Of a stretch of DNA of 64,000 bases, positions 39,687 to 50,146 are shown piece after piece. Made by a program: the position numbers and the translations under genes. Within the stretch, counting starts at the first letter, position 1. Each line of letters starts with the position of its first letter. The stretch covers positions 1,223 to 65,222 of the forward strand of contig JABAQR010000020.1 of NCBI GenBank assembly GCA_019187485.1, in the 5' to 3' direction. The DNA is from Lysobacterales bacterium. GTDB taxonomy: Bacteria; Pseudomonadota; Gammaproteobacteria; Xanthomonadales; SZUA-5. The notes below the pieces were generated by a model. The model was given only the letters and a program-made list of their open reading frames with translations, made no database searches and had not been told where the DNA came from.

Positions 39687-40049
39687 ATGGCGCGGATACT
39701 GATCGTCGACGACTCGCCCACGGATGTCCGCGTGCTGAGTGGCATGCTCGAGCGCGCCGGTTTCCAGACCAGCTCCGCGGCGAGCGCCGAGGACGGCATT
39801 GCGAAGGCGCGCCAGGAACTGCCGGACCTGATTCTGATGGACGTGATCATGCCCGGCACCAACGGTTTCCAGGCCACGCGCACGCTGAGCCGAGACCCCG
39901 CGACTTCGCACATCCCGGTCATCATCTGCACCACCAAGAACATGGAGACGGATCGCATCTGGGGCATGCGTCAGGGTGCCAAGGACTTCGTGACCAAGCC
40001 GCCCAACGAGCGCGACCTGATTGCGCGCATCCAGTCCCTGCTGAAGTGA
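39687..40049 (+). CDS. pilH: Twitching-motility response regulator PilH (CheY-like)
   Basis: ILIVDDSPTD...LILMDVIMPGTNGFQATR...TTKNMETDRIWGMRQGAKDFVTKP. Its position is after pilG. Confidence 0.9.
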   Translation: MARILIVDDSPTDVRVLSGMLERAGFQTSSAASAEDGIAKARQELPDLILMDVIMPGTNGFQATRTLSRDPATSHIPVIICTTKNMETDRIWGMRQGAKDFVTKPPNERDLIARIQSLLK

Positions 40050-40065
40050 CGACGAGACCCGCTCG

Positions 40066-40620
40066 ATGATCGATCTGCCCGAGAGCGCTGCGCTGAATCC
40101 CTTCGAGATCCTGCTCGACTACGAACGTCGCAGTCTCGCGCACGTCGCCGGCCTGCCCGAGCAGCTCGATGCGCCCGGCCTGTGGCGTGCCATCGCCTAC
40201 CGCCTCGGCGATGCCTTCCTGGTCAGCGACATCTCGGAAGTCAACGAAATCCTGATGTTCCCGCAGATCACGCCGGTTCCCGGAACCAAGGCGTGGCTGC
40301 TCGGCATCGCCAATGTGCGCGGCAACCTCGTCACCGTCGTGCATCTGCGCGGTTACCTCGAAGGCGAGCCTTTCCGCGTCAACGAGCGCACGCGCGTCCT
40401 CGTGGTGCGCCAGGCGACCGGCGCCGTGGGCCTGGTGGTGGACGAGGTGCTCGGCCAGCGCAGCTTCGTCGAGGAGAACATGCGCGACATCGAGATCTAT
40501 GCAGATGCACCGGTCTCACGCTTCCTCGAGAGCGAATACCGGCACGGGCAGTCGAGTTGGGGTGTTTTCAGCATGAACGCGCTCATGCGGGCGCCGGATT
40601 TCATGCAGGCTGCGGCCTAA
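40066..40620 (+). CDS. pilI: CheW-like coupling protein PilI
   Basis: CheW-domain pattern [31 protein letters not shown]...VLVV. It lies between pilH and pilJ. Confidence 0.85.
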   Translation: MIDLPESAALNPFEILLDYERRSLAHVAGLPEQLDAPGLWRAIAYRLGDAFLVSDISEVNEILMFPQITPVPGTKAWLLGIANVRGNLVTVVHLRGYLEGEPFRVNERTRVLVVRQATGAVGLVVDEVLGQRSFVEENMRDIEIYADAPVSRFLESEYRHGQSSWGVFSMNALMRAPDFMQAAA

Positions 40621-40666
40621 TGGCCGCCTTCGGGGTTTGACGGTACGACTTGGGGGTTACACAGCG

Positions 40667-42703
40667 ATGAGTGCGGCAGCCGGCGGAATCCAACAGCGCG
40701 AAAGCTCGACTTTGCTCGCCATCCTCGTGGTGGTGCTGCTGGTGGGCCTCGTGGGCCTGATCGCGAACTTCTTCTTCGCGAACGTCAACAACAACGAGGA
40801 CCGCGCCGCGATCGGCCTCTCGACCGACATCCGGGTGTACTCGCAGCAGCTCGCGAAATTCGCCGCACAGGCGGCGAGCGGTCAGCCTGAGGCCTTCGAC
40901 GAACTGTCGGAGATCAAGGGCATCATCCAGTCGCATCTGCGCAAGCTGGAGGATGGCGATCCGACCGAGGGCGTGCCCTCGATCCGCAAAAACCCCGAGG
41001 TCGAAGTCGCGCTCACTCGCGTCAAGGACACCTGGGCACCGATCCAGCAGGCCGCCGATGTCATTCTCGCCCGCCGCGACGTCGTCGAGGACCTGAACGC
41101 CACCGCCACCGAGTTCCAGGACAAGATCCCGCTGCTGCAGGCGCGTTCGGACGAGATCACCCAGTTGCTCGCCACCCGCGGCGCCCCTCAGGACCAGGTC
41201 TACGTCGCCGGCCGCCAGATGACGCTCGCCGATCGCATGCTGCGCCGACTCAACGAAGTGCTGCAGGGTGGCCAGACCGCCTCCACCGCTGCCGACGGCT
41301 TCAATCGCGACGCCGCGGTCTTCGGCCAGATCCTGGACGCGCTGCAGAACGGTTCCGAAGAGCAGGGCATCCGCGCGATCCAGGTGCCCGAGGCGCGCAA
41401 TGTGTTGAGCGAGATCTACTCGATCTTCCAGGAACTCGGCCAGTACGTGGAGAGCATCACCACCGGCGCCATCGATCTGATCGACGTGCGCGAGGCCGCC
41501 AATACGGTGTCGCTGGATTCCGAGCAGCTGCTCGAGGACGCCGAACAACTGTCGGTGGAATACGGCGAACAGGCCGGACGACGCACCTTCCCTTCGCTGA
41601 TGGCCGCCATCGCCTCCGGCGCATTGGCGGCACTCGCCCTGGTGCTGTTGGCGATCTTGATCTACCGCGACCAGGCGCGCCGCTACAAGATCACCGCCGA
41701 CCTCAACCAGCGTAACCAGGAAGCCATTCTGCGCCTCCTCGACGAAATGGGATCGCTCGCAGAAGGCGACCTCACGGTGAAGGCAACCGTGACCGAGGAC
41801 ATCACCGGCGCAATCGCGGACTCCATCAACTTCGCGGTGGAAGCACTGCGCAGCCTGGTGACCACCATCAACGAGACCGCCGTGCAGGTGGCCGCCGCCG
41901 CCCAGGAAACCCAGGCCACCGCGATGCACCTCGCCGAGGCCGCCGAGCACCAGGCGCAGCAGATCACATCGGCCTCGGCCGCGATCAACGAAATCGCGGT
42001 CTCGATCGACGAGGTGTCGCGCAACTCGGCCGAGAGCGCCGACGTGGCGCAACGCTCGGTGCAGATCGCCGGCAAGGGCGCCGCGATCGTGCGCCAGACC
42101 ATTCAGGGCATGGACAACATCCGCGACCAGATCCAGGAAACCTCCAAGCGCATCAAGCGCCTGGGCGAGTCCTCGCAGGAAATTGGATCGATCGTCGAAC
42201 TGATCAACGACATCGCCGAGCAGACCAACATTCTGGCGCTGAACGCCGCCATTCAGGCGGCCTCCGCCGGTGAGGCCGGGCGCGGATTCGCGGTCGTCGC
42301 GGACGAGGTGCAGCGCCTCGCGGAGCGCTCCGCCAACGCCACGAAGCGTATCGAAACACTGGTGCAGACGATTCAGTCCGACACCAACGAAGCGGTGAGC
42401 TCGATGGAGCAGACCACCGCGGAAGTGGTCGCCGGCGCGCGCCTCGCCGAGGACGCGGGCCTGGCGCTGGGCGAGATCGAAAAGGTGTCGAACGACCTCG
42501 CAGACCTCATTCAGAACATCTCGCAGGCCGCACGCCAGCAGTCGGCCGCCGCGACCAACATCTCGGCGACCATGGCCGTGATTCAGGAAATCACCACCCA
42601 GACCTCGGTGGGCGCCAGCCAGACGGCGGAGTCCATCGGCAACCTGGCCCAGCTCGCCGCCGACCTCAGACGCTCGGTGGCCGACTTCAAGCTGCCGAAC
42701 TGA
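40667..42703 (+). CDS. pilJ: Methyl-accepting chemotaxis protein PilJ
   Basis: Two TM segments flank a large periplasmic domain. HAMP domain and the highly conserved MCP hairpin [41 protein letters not shown] 40667 is chosen over the TTG at 40637. Confidence 0.9.
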   Translation: MSAAAGGIQQRESSTLLAILVVVLLVGLVGLIANFFFANVNNNEDRAAIGLSTDIRVYSQQLAKFAAQAASGQPEAFDELSEIKGIIQSHLRKLEDGDPTEGVPSIRKNPEVEVALTRVKDTWAPIQQAADVILARRDVVEDLNATATEFQDKIPLLQARSDEITQLLATRGAPQDQVYVAGRQMTLADRMLRRLNEVLQGGQTASTAADGFNRDAAVFGQILDALQNGSEEQGIRAIQVPEARNVLSEIYSIFQELGQYVESITTGAIDLIDVREAANTVSLDSEQLLEDAEQLSVEYGEQAGRRTFPSLMAAIASGALAALALVLLAILIYRDQARRYKITADLNQRNQEAILRLLDEMGSLAEGDLTVKATVTEDITGAIADSINFAVEALRSLVTTINETAVQVAAAAQETQATAMHLAEAAEHQAQQITSASAAINEIAVSIDEVSRNSAESADVAQRSVQIAGKGAAIVRQTIQGMDNIRDQIQETSKRIKRLGESSQEIGSIVELINDIAEQTNILALNAAIQAASAGEAGRGFAVVADEVQRLAERSANATKRIETLVQTIQSDTNEAVSSMEQTTAEVVAGARLAEDAGLALGEIEKVSNDLADLIQNISQAARQQSAAATNISATMAVIQEITTQTSVGASQTAESIGNLAQLAADLRRSVADFKLPN

Positions 42704-42808
42704 GACGCTGATGTTGTACATCAAGGCGAAGCTGCGGGCCGATAGCCGTAGCGTGGAAGCGAGGCGCAGGCAGGACGCGCGTCGAAGCCGGGAAAAAGGA
42801 GTCCGCGG

Positions 42809-45800
42809 ATGAGGCTTCAAGACGACATCGACTTCACCACGCTGACCTGGGTCAAGCAGGAGCTGGACGACACCCTGAAGCAGGCGCAACAGGCGCTCGA
42901 GGCCTATGTCGAGGATGCCTCCGACAAGAGCCAGATGCGTTTCTGCGCCAGCTACCTGCACCAGGTGCAAGGCACCTTGCGCATGGTGGAGCTGTACGGC
43001 GCGGCGATGGTGGTCGAGGAGATGGAGCGCCTCGCGCTCGGACTGCTCGACGGCCAGATCAAGCAGGCCGAAGACGCCTACACCGTGCTCATGCGCGGCA
43101 TGGTGCAACTACCGGACTATTTGGAACGCCTGCAGAGCGGCCACCGCGACATTCCGATCGTGCTGCTGCCGCTGCTCAACGATCTGCGTGCCTGCCGCGG
43201 CGAGAAGCTGCTCAGCGAGACCTCGCTGTTCTCGCCGGACATGGGTGTGCCGCTGCCTGCCTCCGCGGCCGGCAGCAAGACAGCGGTGCCGCAGCCGATG
43301 ATCGCGGCCAATGGCGGACGTCTGCGCCTGGCCTTCCAGTTCGGCCTGTTGAAGTGGTTCAAGGGCGAGGATGTCGATGGCAACCTGACGCGTCTGATCG
43401 CGATCCTCGACCGCACGCGCTCGATGCTGATGCAGGTCGACGCACGGCGCCTGTTCTGGGTGGCCGCGGCCGCGCTCGAAGCGGTGCTCGTCAAGGGCAT
43501 CGAGGCCTCGGTCGCGTTGAAGCTGCTGGTCGGTCGCGTCGATCGCGAACTGAAGCGCCTGATCGACACCGGCGAGGCGAGCTTCGCGAGCCAGCCGCCG
43601 AACGACCTCAGCAAGGGCCTGCTGTACTACGTCGCCCAGAGCAAGGCGAGCTCCGAACGCATCGCCGAGTTGCGCACGCTCTACAAGCTCGACCGGCTGA
43701 TGCCGAGCGAGGCCGAACTCGAGCACGCGCGCGGCGCGCTCTCCGGCCATAACCGCGCGCTGCTGGAGACCGTCGGCACCGCGATCAAGGAAGACCTGCT
43801 GCGGGTCAAGGACGCGCTCGACCTCTACCTGCGCACCGGTAGCGGAAACGTCGAGGAACTGGCGCCGCAAGGCGAGGCGCTGCACCGCGTCGCCGACACC
43901 TTGGGCATGCTCGGGCTGGGCGTTCCGCGGCGCGTGGTGCTGGACCAGCAGGACATCCTGGAACGCATCGTGCGTGGTCGCCAGCCGGCGGAAGAGAGTG
44001 CTCTGCTGGACATCGCCGGCTCGCTGCTGTACGTCGAGTCCTCGCTGGACGACCACATCGAGCGCCTTGGCACCGACCAGCGTGCCGAGGCGCCGCCCAG
44101 CGGCGGCTTTGAATTGCCGCAGGCGGAAGTCCGCAAGATTCTGGACGCCACCACCAAGGAAGCCTCGGCCAACATCCAACAGGCCAAGCAGGACATCGTC
44201 GCCTTCATCGAGTCGCCGTGGGATCACAGCAAGATCGAGCAGATCCCGCGACTGCTGGAGGAAATCGCGGGTGCCATGCGCATGCTCAACCTGCCGGAGC
44301 CGGCGTCGCTGCTACAAGGCGTGATCCGCTTCGCCGAGGTCGAACTGTTGCAGCATCGCCGCGTGCCTTCGGGCGACCAGCTGGACCTGATGGCCGACGC
44401 GATCGCGTCCATCGAGTTCTATCTGGAAGCGGTCAAGGAAGGTCGACGCAGTCGCGACAAGATCCTCGACGTCACCCGCCGCAGCCTGGAGTCGCTCGGC
44501 TACTGGCCGCTGCCGGCAGAAGGAGCGGAGATGGCCGTCGAGGCGGCTCCAGTGGAGATTGCGCCGGCATCTGCGGCCTCGCAATTCCCGACTTTTGCCG
44601 AAGGCTTCACGACTGAACGCACGCCCGCTCCGGAAGCGCCGGAAGCGCCACCGGTGTCGGCCCCGGTCACCGAAGCCAGCGCCGTCGACGCGCTGATCTC
44701 CAGTTTCGCGCAGGCCGAGGAGGCCGCGCCGCTGGAAGCCCCGGCGGTCGTGCTTGCCGAAGCTCCCGCCGAGATGCGCAGTGCGGTCGAAATCGCACCG
44801 GGTGCCGGACTCGAGGCGCTGGTGGTGGGTGAGACTGCCGCCGAGGCGCTTGCGCCATCGGTGCACGACCTCGAAGGCCTGCGCATCAGCGCCGAACCCG
44901 ACGTGCTCGCGATCGAGGCGCCGGTCCCGGAATTGGCGCCGGTCGTCGATGTCGCCACCGAGCCGCAACCGGAGTTGAGTACCACCGACCTCGGCGTCGT
45001 GGATGGTCTGACGTCGACGCCGGAGGTACCGGCAGCGGTCGATCTGTCGATCGAGGCAGCGATGGAGATCGCGGCGCCGCCGGCAGCCGAAGTCACCGTC
45101 GAGACACCGGTCGCGCCGAGCCTCGTCGAGATGGAAGCGCCCGTCGCACCGGCTGCACCACCGGTCGTCGAGCGACCAGCACCGGCGCATGTCGCGCCGG
45201 CGATCCCGATGCCGCCGGGCATCCAGTTGCCCGATGTCGGCTTCCACTCGGTGCCGTCGGACGAGATCGACGACGAGATCCGCGAGGTCTTCGTCGAGGA
45301 AGTCCAGGACGAACTCGACAACCTCAATCGTCAATATCCTGCCTGGAAGAACGATCTCGGTGATCTCGAGAAGCTCAAACCGGTGCGTCGTTCCTTCCAC
45401 ACGCTGAAAGGCAGCGGTCGCCTGGTCGGCGCGCTCGCGATCGGCGAGTACGCCTGGAAGATCGAGAACATGCTGAACCGGGTGCTCGACAAGTCGATCC
45501 AGCCGACGCCGGCGGTACTCGATTTGCTCGACCACGCGATCGCGGCGCTACCCGGCATGCTGCTCGCACTGAAGGGTGAGGGCCAGCCAAGTGCCAACAT
45601 CGGCACCATCATGTGGGTCTCCGAACAATTGGCCACAGGCCAGGAGGTCTGGCTCCCAAAATTCTCGCCCGCCCCGGTGGTCACGGCTGAAGTGCCGGCT
45701 GCCGAGGCGGGCGCTGAAACTGCGGAAGCCGAGGAAGTCGTCGAGGCCGCCGAGGCGGCGGCCGCAGCGGTCGAGGAATCCGTCGACGAAGCGTTCGTCG

Positions 45801-48800
45801 AAACGGACGCAGCCGTTGCGGAAGCGGCTGCGGTCGAGGAAGTCGTGGAGGCTCCGTCAGGGGGCGAAGAAGTCGCCGAGGCAGTGCTGGCGACCGAGGA
45901 CGACGTCGAGCCGGCTACGACGCCGGTCGAGGAGGTCGACGCCGGGATCATCGAGAGCCTGTTCGAAACCGTGGTCGAGGCGGAGGCGCCCGAGGCCGAA
46001 CCGGCCGCTGTGACCGAGGCCATCGCCACGGCTCCCGTCGAAGAGGATTTGTCGCCGCTGGATGTCGATCCCTTGCTGATGGAGATCCTCAGCAGCGAGG
46101 TGGACACCCACCTCGGCACCATCCGCGCCTACCTGGCGGACTGCGAGGGCGACCATGCGGTGCCGGTCACCGAAGAGCTGCTGCGCGCGGTGCACACGCT
46201 GAACGGCGCCTTGTCGATGGTCGACCTGCTGGTCCTGACCCGCGTGGTTGCGCCGCTCGAGGGCTACCTCAAGCGCCTGCGCGCGCGCGGGCTGGAGCCT
46301 TCGGCGGAAGGCGTGGCGGTGCTCAGCGAGTCGGCCGGCTGCATCGCGGCCGTGATGTCCGCGTTGCAGGCACGCCTGCCGTCTCCCGACACGACCGCGC
46401 TCGCCGACCAGGTGCTTGCCTTGCGCGACGGTTTGCCGGCACCCGACCATCCCTTCCACGGCTTCAACATCCAGGTCGCCGACGAGGTGCGCGAAGAGCG
46501 TGAGGCCACCGCTGCCGAAGCTCGTGCCGAAGCCCGGCCGTGGTACGAAGCAGAGGAAGAACCCGCTGATACCGTTGAACTGACCGAAGTTTTCGACGCG
46601 GGCGAGCAGGAGGCCGACACCGGGCCGAGCGGAGTCGAAGCCACGGAAGAGGCTGTTTTGGTTGCGGACACCGCCACCGTCGACATCGTCGGGCTGTTCG
46701 GGGACGAGGCGGCCGTCAACGACGAAGCCCCCGGCGTCGACGTCGAAGCGCTGGCTGCATCCGCAGAGGCGATCCCGGAAGAATCCGTCGAGACCGTCGC
46801 CGCAGTCGGCGAAGCCGTCGCCGATGTGCCACTCGACGAACCGTGGTTCGACACGCAGGCCGTGGACGCCGGGACCACCGAGGACGTCGAGGCCGTTTCC
46901 GACATCGCGGGCGACTTGGCCGAACCGGTTGCCGAGCCACTCGGCAGCGACGAGCTGGGCGAATGGACGGATGTCCCGATCGAATTCGCCGACGCGCTGG
47001 CGGATGCGGAGCCGGTCGTGATCGAAGCGCCCGTTTCCGAGCTCGCAGAATCCGGTCCGATCGGTGAGGCCAGCGAGGGCGTGGAACCGGAGTTGGCCGA
47101 CACGCTGGAACTGGCGGAACCGATCGAGCGGACAGGACCGCCCGAGCTGGCGGAACTGACCGAGCCGGTGGAACTGACCGAGCCGGTGGAACTGACCGAG
47201 CCGGTGGAACTGACCGAGCCGGTGGAACTGACCGAGCCGGTGGAACTGACCGAGCCGGTGGAACTGACCGAGCCGGTGGAACTCGCCGAATCGGTGGAAA
47301 TGGTCGGACTGGTCCCGGTCGACAGCGCGGAAATCGAGCCCGCCCCGGAGGTCGAGCTGGAGGAGCCGGAGGCTGCGGCGATCCCGCCATGGTCCGACAT
47401 CGAGGCGCTCGCCGAAGTCCCGGAGCCCGCGGCCGCCGAGGAAGCAGTTGCCGCAAGGGAGGAAGCCAGCCAGCTGGCCGACATCGAGTCGCTGTTCGAG
47501 CCGGAAGCGGCCGGGCAGCCAGAACCCGAGACCGCACTCGCCGAAGCCATCCCGGAGCCGGCGCCAACGGCAACCGTGGAAGTCGCTGCGGCTGCGCCCG
47601 CCGTGATGGCGGAGGCCATGAGTCGCGGTCCGGTGGATGTGGATCCTCCCGGTCCGCTTGACCTGCCCGATCTCGACATGGACCTGCTCGACATCTTCGT
47701 CGAGGAGGGGGTGGACATCCTCGATCGCGCCGACGGCATGATGGCGCGGCTGCGCGAAGCACCCGACGATCGCGAATCGGTGGCCTCGCTGCAGCGCGAC
47801 CTGCACACGCTGAAAGGCGGCGCTCGCATGGCCGGCCTGTATCCGATTGGCGACTTGAGCCACGCGATGGAGTCGCTGTTCGAGTCCATTGTGGTCGGCG
47901 AACGCGCGGTCACGCGACCCGCGATCGAGGCGCTCGAGCGTGCATTCGACCGCCTGCACGGCATGGTCCAACGCGTACGCGGCCGGCAGGCGATCACCCT
48001 GCCCGAGCAAACGATTGCTCGCCTGGAAGCGATCATCGAAGGCCGCGAGGCGGAATACCTCGCGGGCGAGGTTCCGGTGGCAGCCGCCCAATCCGAACCC
48101 GCGCAGGCGCTCGTCGCGCCCATCGAAATCGTCCCCGTCGCGGCGAGCGAGGCGGCCGAAACCGTGGCAGAGGCCGCGCCGGAGAGTCCGGAAACCCCGG
48201 CCCGCAAGGTGATTCCGGCGCGCCCGTCGATCCGTTCGGGCGCTCAACGCAAGACCCAGCTCGATGAGGACGAAGCGGCCGCCCGCGCGGCGCAGCAGGA
48301 ACTGATCCGCGTACGCGCGGACCTGCTCGACAACCTCGTGAACTTCGCTGGCGAGGTCTCGATCTACCGCTCGCGCCTGGAAGCGCAGATGGGCGGCTTC
48401 CGCTTCAACCTGGTCGAGTTCGAACAGACCGTCAGCCGCCTGCGCGACCAGTTGCGCAAGCTCGAAATGGAGACCGAAGCGCAGATCCTGTCGCGCTTCC
48501 AGCGCGAAAGCGAACAGTCCGGCAACACCGAGTTCGACCCGCTCGAACTCGACCGCTTCTCGACCCTGCAGCAGCTCTCGCGTGCACTGGCCGAGTCGGT
48601 CTCCGACTTGGTCTCGATCCAGAACCTCCTGGACGACATCGCGCGCCAGTCGGAAACCCTGCTGCTGCAGCAGTCGCGCGTCAGCTCGGACCTGCAGGAA
48701 GGCCTTATGCGCACGCGCATGGTGCCTTTCGAGAGCCTGGTGCCGCGCCTGCGCCGCATCCTGCGCCAGACCGCCGGCGAGCTCGGCAAGAAGGCGCAAC

Positions 48801-50146
48801 TGAAGGTCGAGGGTACCCAGGGCGAAATGGACCGCACCGTGCTCGAGCGCATGACCGCGCCCTTCGAGCACATGTTGCGCAACTCGCTCGCGCACGGCAT
48901 CGAGCCGCCGGACGCGCGGCGCGCGCGCGGCAAGCCCGAAGAAGGCACGGTCAGCATCCGGGTCTCGCGCGAAGCGACCGAAGTGCTGATCGTGGTGACC
49001 GACGATGGCGGTGGCATGAATCGCGACGCGATCCGCCGCAAGGCGATCGAACGCGGCCTGATGACGCCGGACGTGCAGCTCTCCGACCGCGACATTTTCC
49101 AGTTCGTGCTCGAATCCGGCTTCTCGACCGCCAGTGAAGTCAGCAAGGTGGCGGGCCGCGGTGTCGGCATGGACGTGGTCGCCAGCGAGGTGAAGCAACT
49201 CGGCGGATCGCTCGAACTCGATTCCGAGCCTGGCCAGGGCACGCGCATCACGATTCGCCTGCCATTTACCCTGGCGGTGGCGCAGGCGGTCATGGTGCGA
49301 CTGGGCGACGGCACCTTCGCGATCCCGATGTCGTCGATCACCGGGGTCACGCGGATGCCGCGCAAGGAACTGGACCGCCGCCTGGAGGCCAAGAACCTGG
49401 ACGTCGCCTACGGCGGCGAGACCTACCAGATCTACGACCTTGGCGACCTGCTGCGTTCACCGGTCGGTCACGGTGTCGACGAGGCCCAGGTACCGCTGCT
49501 GATGAGCCGCACCGGCGACCAGCGCGCTGCGGTCCGCGTGACCCAGGTGATCGGATCCAAGGAAGTCGTGGTGAAGCCGGTCGGCGCCCAACTCAGTACG
49601 GTGCCTGGCATCTTCGGTGCGACCATCATGGGCGATGGCCGGGTGGTCGTCATTCTCGATCTGGCGCCCCTGGTCCGTCATGGCGTGGCGTTGCGCCAGG
49701 CGCCGGAACTGGCGGCCGAACTGGAACTGCTGGAACCGACGCCGGAGCCGGCGACCCGCCGCCAGCCGTTGGTGATGGTGGTCGACGACTCGATCACGAT
49801 GCGCAAGGTCACCACGCGCGTGCTCGAGCGCAGCAACTTCGACGTGTTCACCGCCAAGGACGGCCTCGACGCGGTCGAGCAGTTGCAGGACCGCATGCCG
49901 GACGTGATCCTGCTCGACATCGAGATGCCGCGCATGGACGGCTACGAGGTCGCCACCTACATCCGCAACGACCAGCGCCTGAAGCACATTCCGATCATCA
50001 TGATCACCTCGCGCACCGGCGAGAAGCACCGCCAGCGCGCACTCGAAGTCGGCGTGGACCGTTACCTCGGCAAGCCCTACCAGGAGACGGATCTGCTGAG
50101 GAACGTCCAGGACGCGCTGACCACGGGGCACGCCAATGTCCACTGA
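42809..50146 (+). CDS. chpA: ChpA/PilL hybrid CheA-type histidine kinase (multi-Hpt, CheW domain, C-terminal receiver), 2445 aa
   Basis: AAGGAG RBS. Several Hpt-like segments (YLHQVQGTLRMVEL, SFHTLKGSGRLVGA, AVHTLNGALSMV, DLHTLKGGARMAGL). Kinase boxes HMLRNSLAHGIE, VTDDGGGM and GRGVGMDVV. A CheW-like domain and a receiver (VVDDSITMRK...LLDIEMPRMDG...LGKP). A huge Glu/Ala/Pro/Val-rich region spans about nt 44500-47700. Confidence 0.9.
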   Translation: MRLQDDIDFTTLTWVKQELDDTLKQAQQALEAYVEDASDKSQMRFCASYLHQVQGTLRMVELYGAAMVVEEMERLALGLLDGQIKQAEDAYTVLMRGMVQLPDYLERLQSGHRDIPIVLLPLLNDLRACRGEKLLSETSLFSPDMGVPLPASAAGSKTAVPQPMIAANGGRLRLAFQFGLLKWFKGEDVDGNLTRLIAILDRTRSMLMQVDARRLFWVAAAALEAVLVKGIEASVALKLLVGRVDRELKRLIDTGEASFASQPPNDLSKGLLYYVAQSKASSERIAELRTLYKLDRLMPSEAELEHARGALSGHNRALLETVGTAIKEDLLRVKDALDLYLRTGSGNVEELAPQGEALHRVADTLGMLGLGVPRRVVLDQQDILERIVRGRQPAEESALLDIAGSLLYVESSLDDHIERLGTDQRAEAPPSGGFELPQAEVRKILDATTKEASANIQQAKQDIVAFIESPWDHSKIEQIPRLLEEIAGAMRMLNLPEPASLLQGVIRFAEVELLQHRRVPSGDQLDLMADAIASIEFYLEAVKEGRRSRDKILDVTRRSLESLGYWPLPAEGAEMAVEAAPVEIAPASAASQFPTFAEGFTTERTPAPEAPEAPPVSAPVTEASAVDALISSFAQAEEAAPLEAPAVVLAEAPAEMRSAVEIAPGAGLEALVVGETAAEALAPSVHDLEGLRISAEPDVLAIEAPVPELAPVVDVATEPQPELSTTDLGVVDGLTSTPEVPAAVDLSIEAAMEIAAPPAAEVTVETPVAPSLVEMEAPVAPAAPPVVERPAPAHVAPAIPMPPGIQLPDVGFHSVPSDEIDDEIREVFVEEVQDELDNLNRQYPAWKNDLGDLEKLKPVRRSFHTLKGSGRLVGALAIGEYAWKIENMLNRVLDKSIQPTPAVLDLLDHAIAALPGMLLALKGEGQPSANIGTIMWVSEQLATGQEVWLPKFSPAPVVTAEVPAAEAGAETAEAEEVVEAAEAAAAAVEESVDEAFVETDAAVAEAAAVEEVVEAPSGGEEVAEAVLATEDDVEPATTPVEEVDAGIIESLFETVVEAEAPEAEPAAVTEAIATAPVEEDLSPLDVDPLLMEILSSEVDTHLGTIRAYLADCEGDHAVPVTEELLRAVHTLNGALSMVDLLVLTRVVAPLEGYLKRLRARGLEPSAEGVAVLSESAGCIAAVMSALQARLPSPDTTALADQVLALRDGLPAPDHPFHGFNIQVADEVREEREATAAEARAEARPWYEAEEEPADTVELTEVFDAGEQEADTGPSGVEATEEAVLVADTATVDIVGLFGDEAAVNDEAPGVDVEALAASAEAIPEESVETVAAVGEAVADVPLDEPWFDTQAVDAGTTEDVEAVSDIAGDLAEPVAEPLGSDELGEWTDVPIEFADALADAEPVVIEAPVSELAESGPIGEASEGVEPELADTLELAEPIERTGPPELAELTEPVELTEPVELTEPVELTEPVELTEPVELTEPVELTEPVELAESVEMVGLVPVDSAEIEPAPEVELEEPEAAAIPPWSDIEALAEVPEPAAAEEAVAAREEASQLADIESLFEPEAAGQPEPETALAEAIPEPAPTATVEVAAAAPAVMAEAMSRGPVDVDPPGPLDLPDLDMDLLDIFVEEGVDILDRADGMMARLREAPDDRESVASLQRDLHTLKGGARMAGLYPIGDLSHAMESLFESIVVGERAVTRPAIEALERAFDRLHGMVQRVRGRQAITLPEQTIARLEAIIEGREAEYLAGEVPVAAAQSEPAQALVAPIEIVPVAASEAAETVAEAAPESPETPARKVIPARPSIRSGAQRKTQLDEDEAAARAAQQELIRVRADLLDNLVNFAGEVSIYRSRLEAQMGGFRFNLVEFEQTVSRLRDQLRKLEMETEAQILSRFQRESEQSGNTEFDPLELDRFSTLQQLSRALAESVSDLVSIQNLLDDIARQSETLLLQQSRVSSDLQEGLMRTRMVPFESLVPRLRRILRQTAGELGKKAQLKVEGTQGEMDRTVLERMTAPFEHMLRNSLAHGIEPPDARRARGKPEEGTVSIRVSREATEVLIVVTDDGGGMNRDAIRRKAIERGLMTPDVQLSDRDIFQFVLESGFSTASEVSKVAGRGVGMDVVASEVKQLGGSLELDSEPGQGTRITIRLPFTLAVAQAVMVRLGDGTFAIPMSSITGVTRMPRKELDRRLEAKNLDVAYGGETYQIYDLGDLLRSPVGHGVDEAQVPLLMSRTGDQRAAVRVTQVIGSKEVVVKPVGAQLSTVPGIFGATIMGDGRVVVILDLAPLVRHGVALRQAPELAAELELLEPTPEPATRRQPLVMVVDDSITMRKVTTRVLERSNFDVFTAKDGLDAVEQLQDRMPDVILLDIEMPRMDGYEVATYIRNDQRLKHIPIIMITSRTGEKHRQRALEVGVDRYLGKPYQETDLLRNVQDALTTGHANVH
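47153..47278 (+). repeat. Perfect 18-bp tandem repeat x7 inside chpA (encodes ELTEPV x7)
   Basis: GAACTGACCGAGCCGGTG is repeated 7 times without a mismatch. Degenerate copies flank it on both sides (GAGCTGGCG.. upstream, GAACTCGCCGAATCGGTG downstream). Confidence 0.95.

Noticed and set aside
47141-47296. Regularly spaced direct repeats checked as a possible CRISPR array
   Set aside because: The repeats are contiguous 18-mers with no spacers, in frame inside chpA, and no cas genes are present. It is a coding minisatellite.
45857-49198. 1113-aa minus-strand ORF, and other long alternative-frame ORFs inside chpA (e.g. 46264..48207, 46716..47762)
   Set aside because: The plus-strand frame carries the Hpt, kinase, CheW and receiver motifs in a single continuous ORF. 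The antisense and alternative frames are low-complexity by-products of the GC-rich acidic-repeat region.
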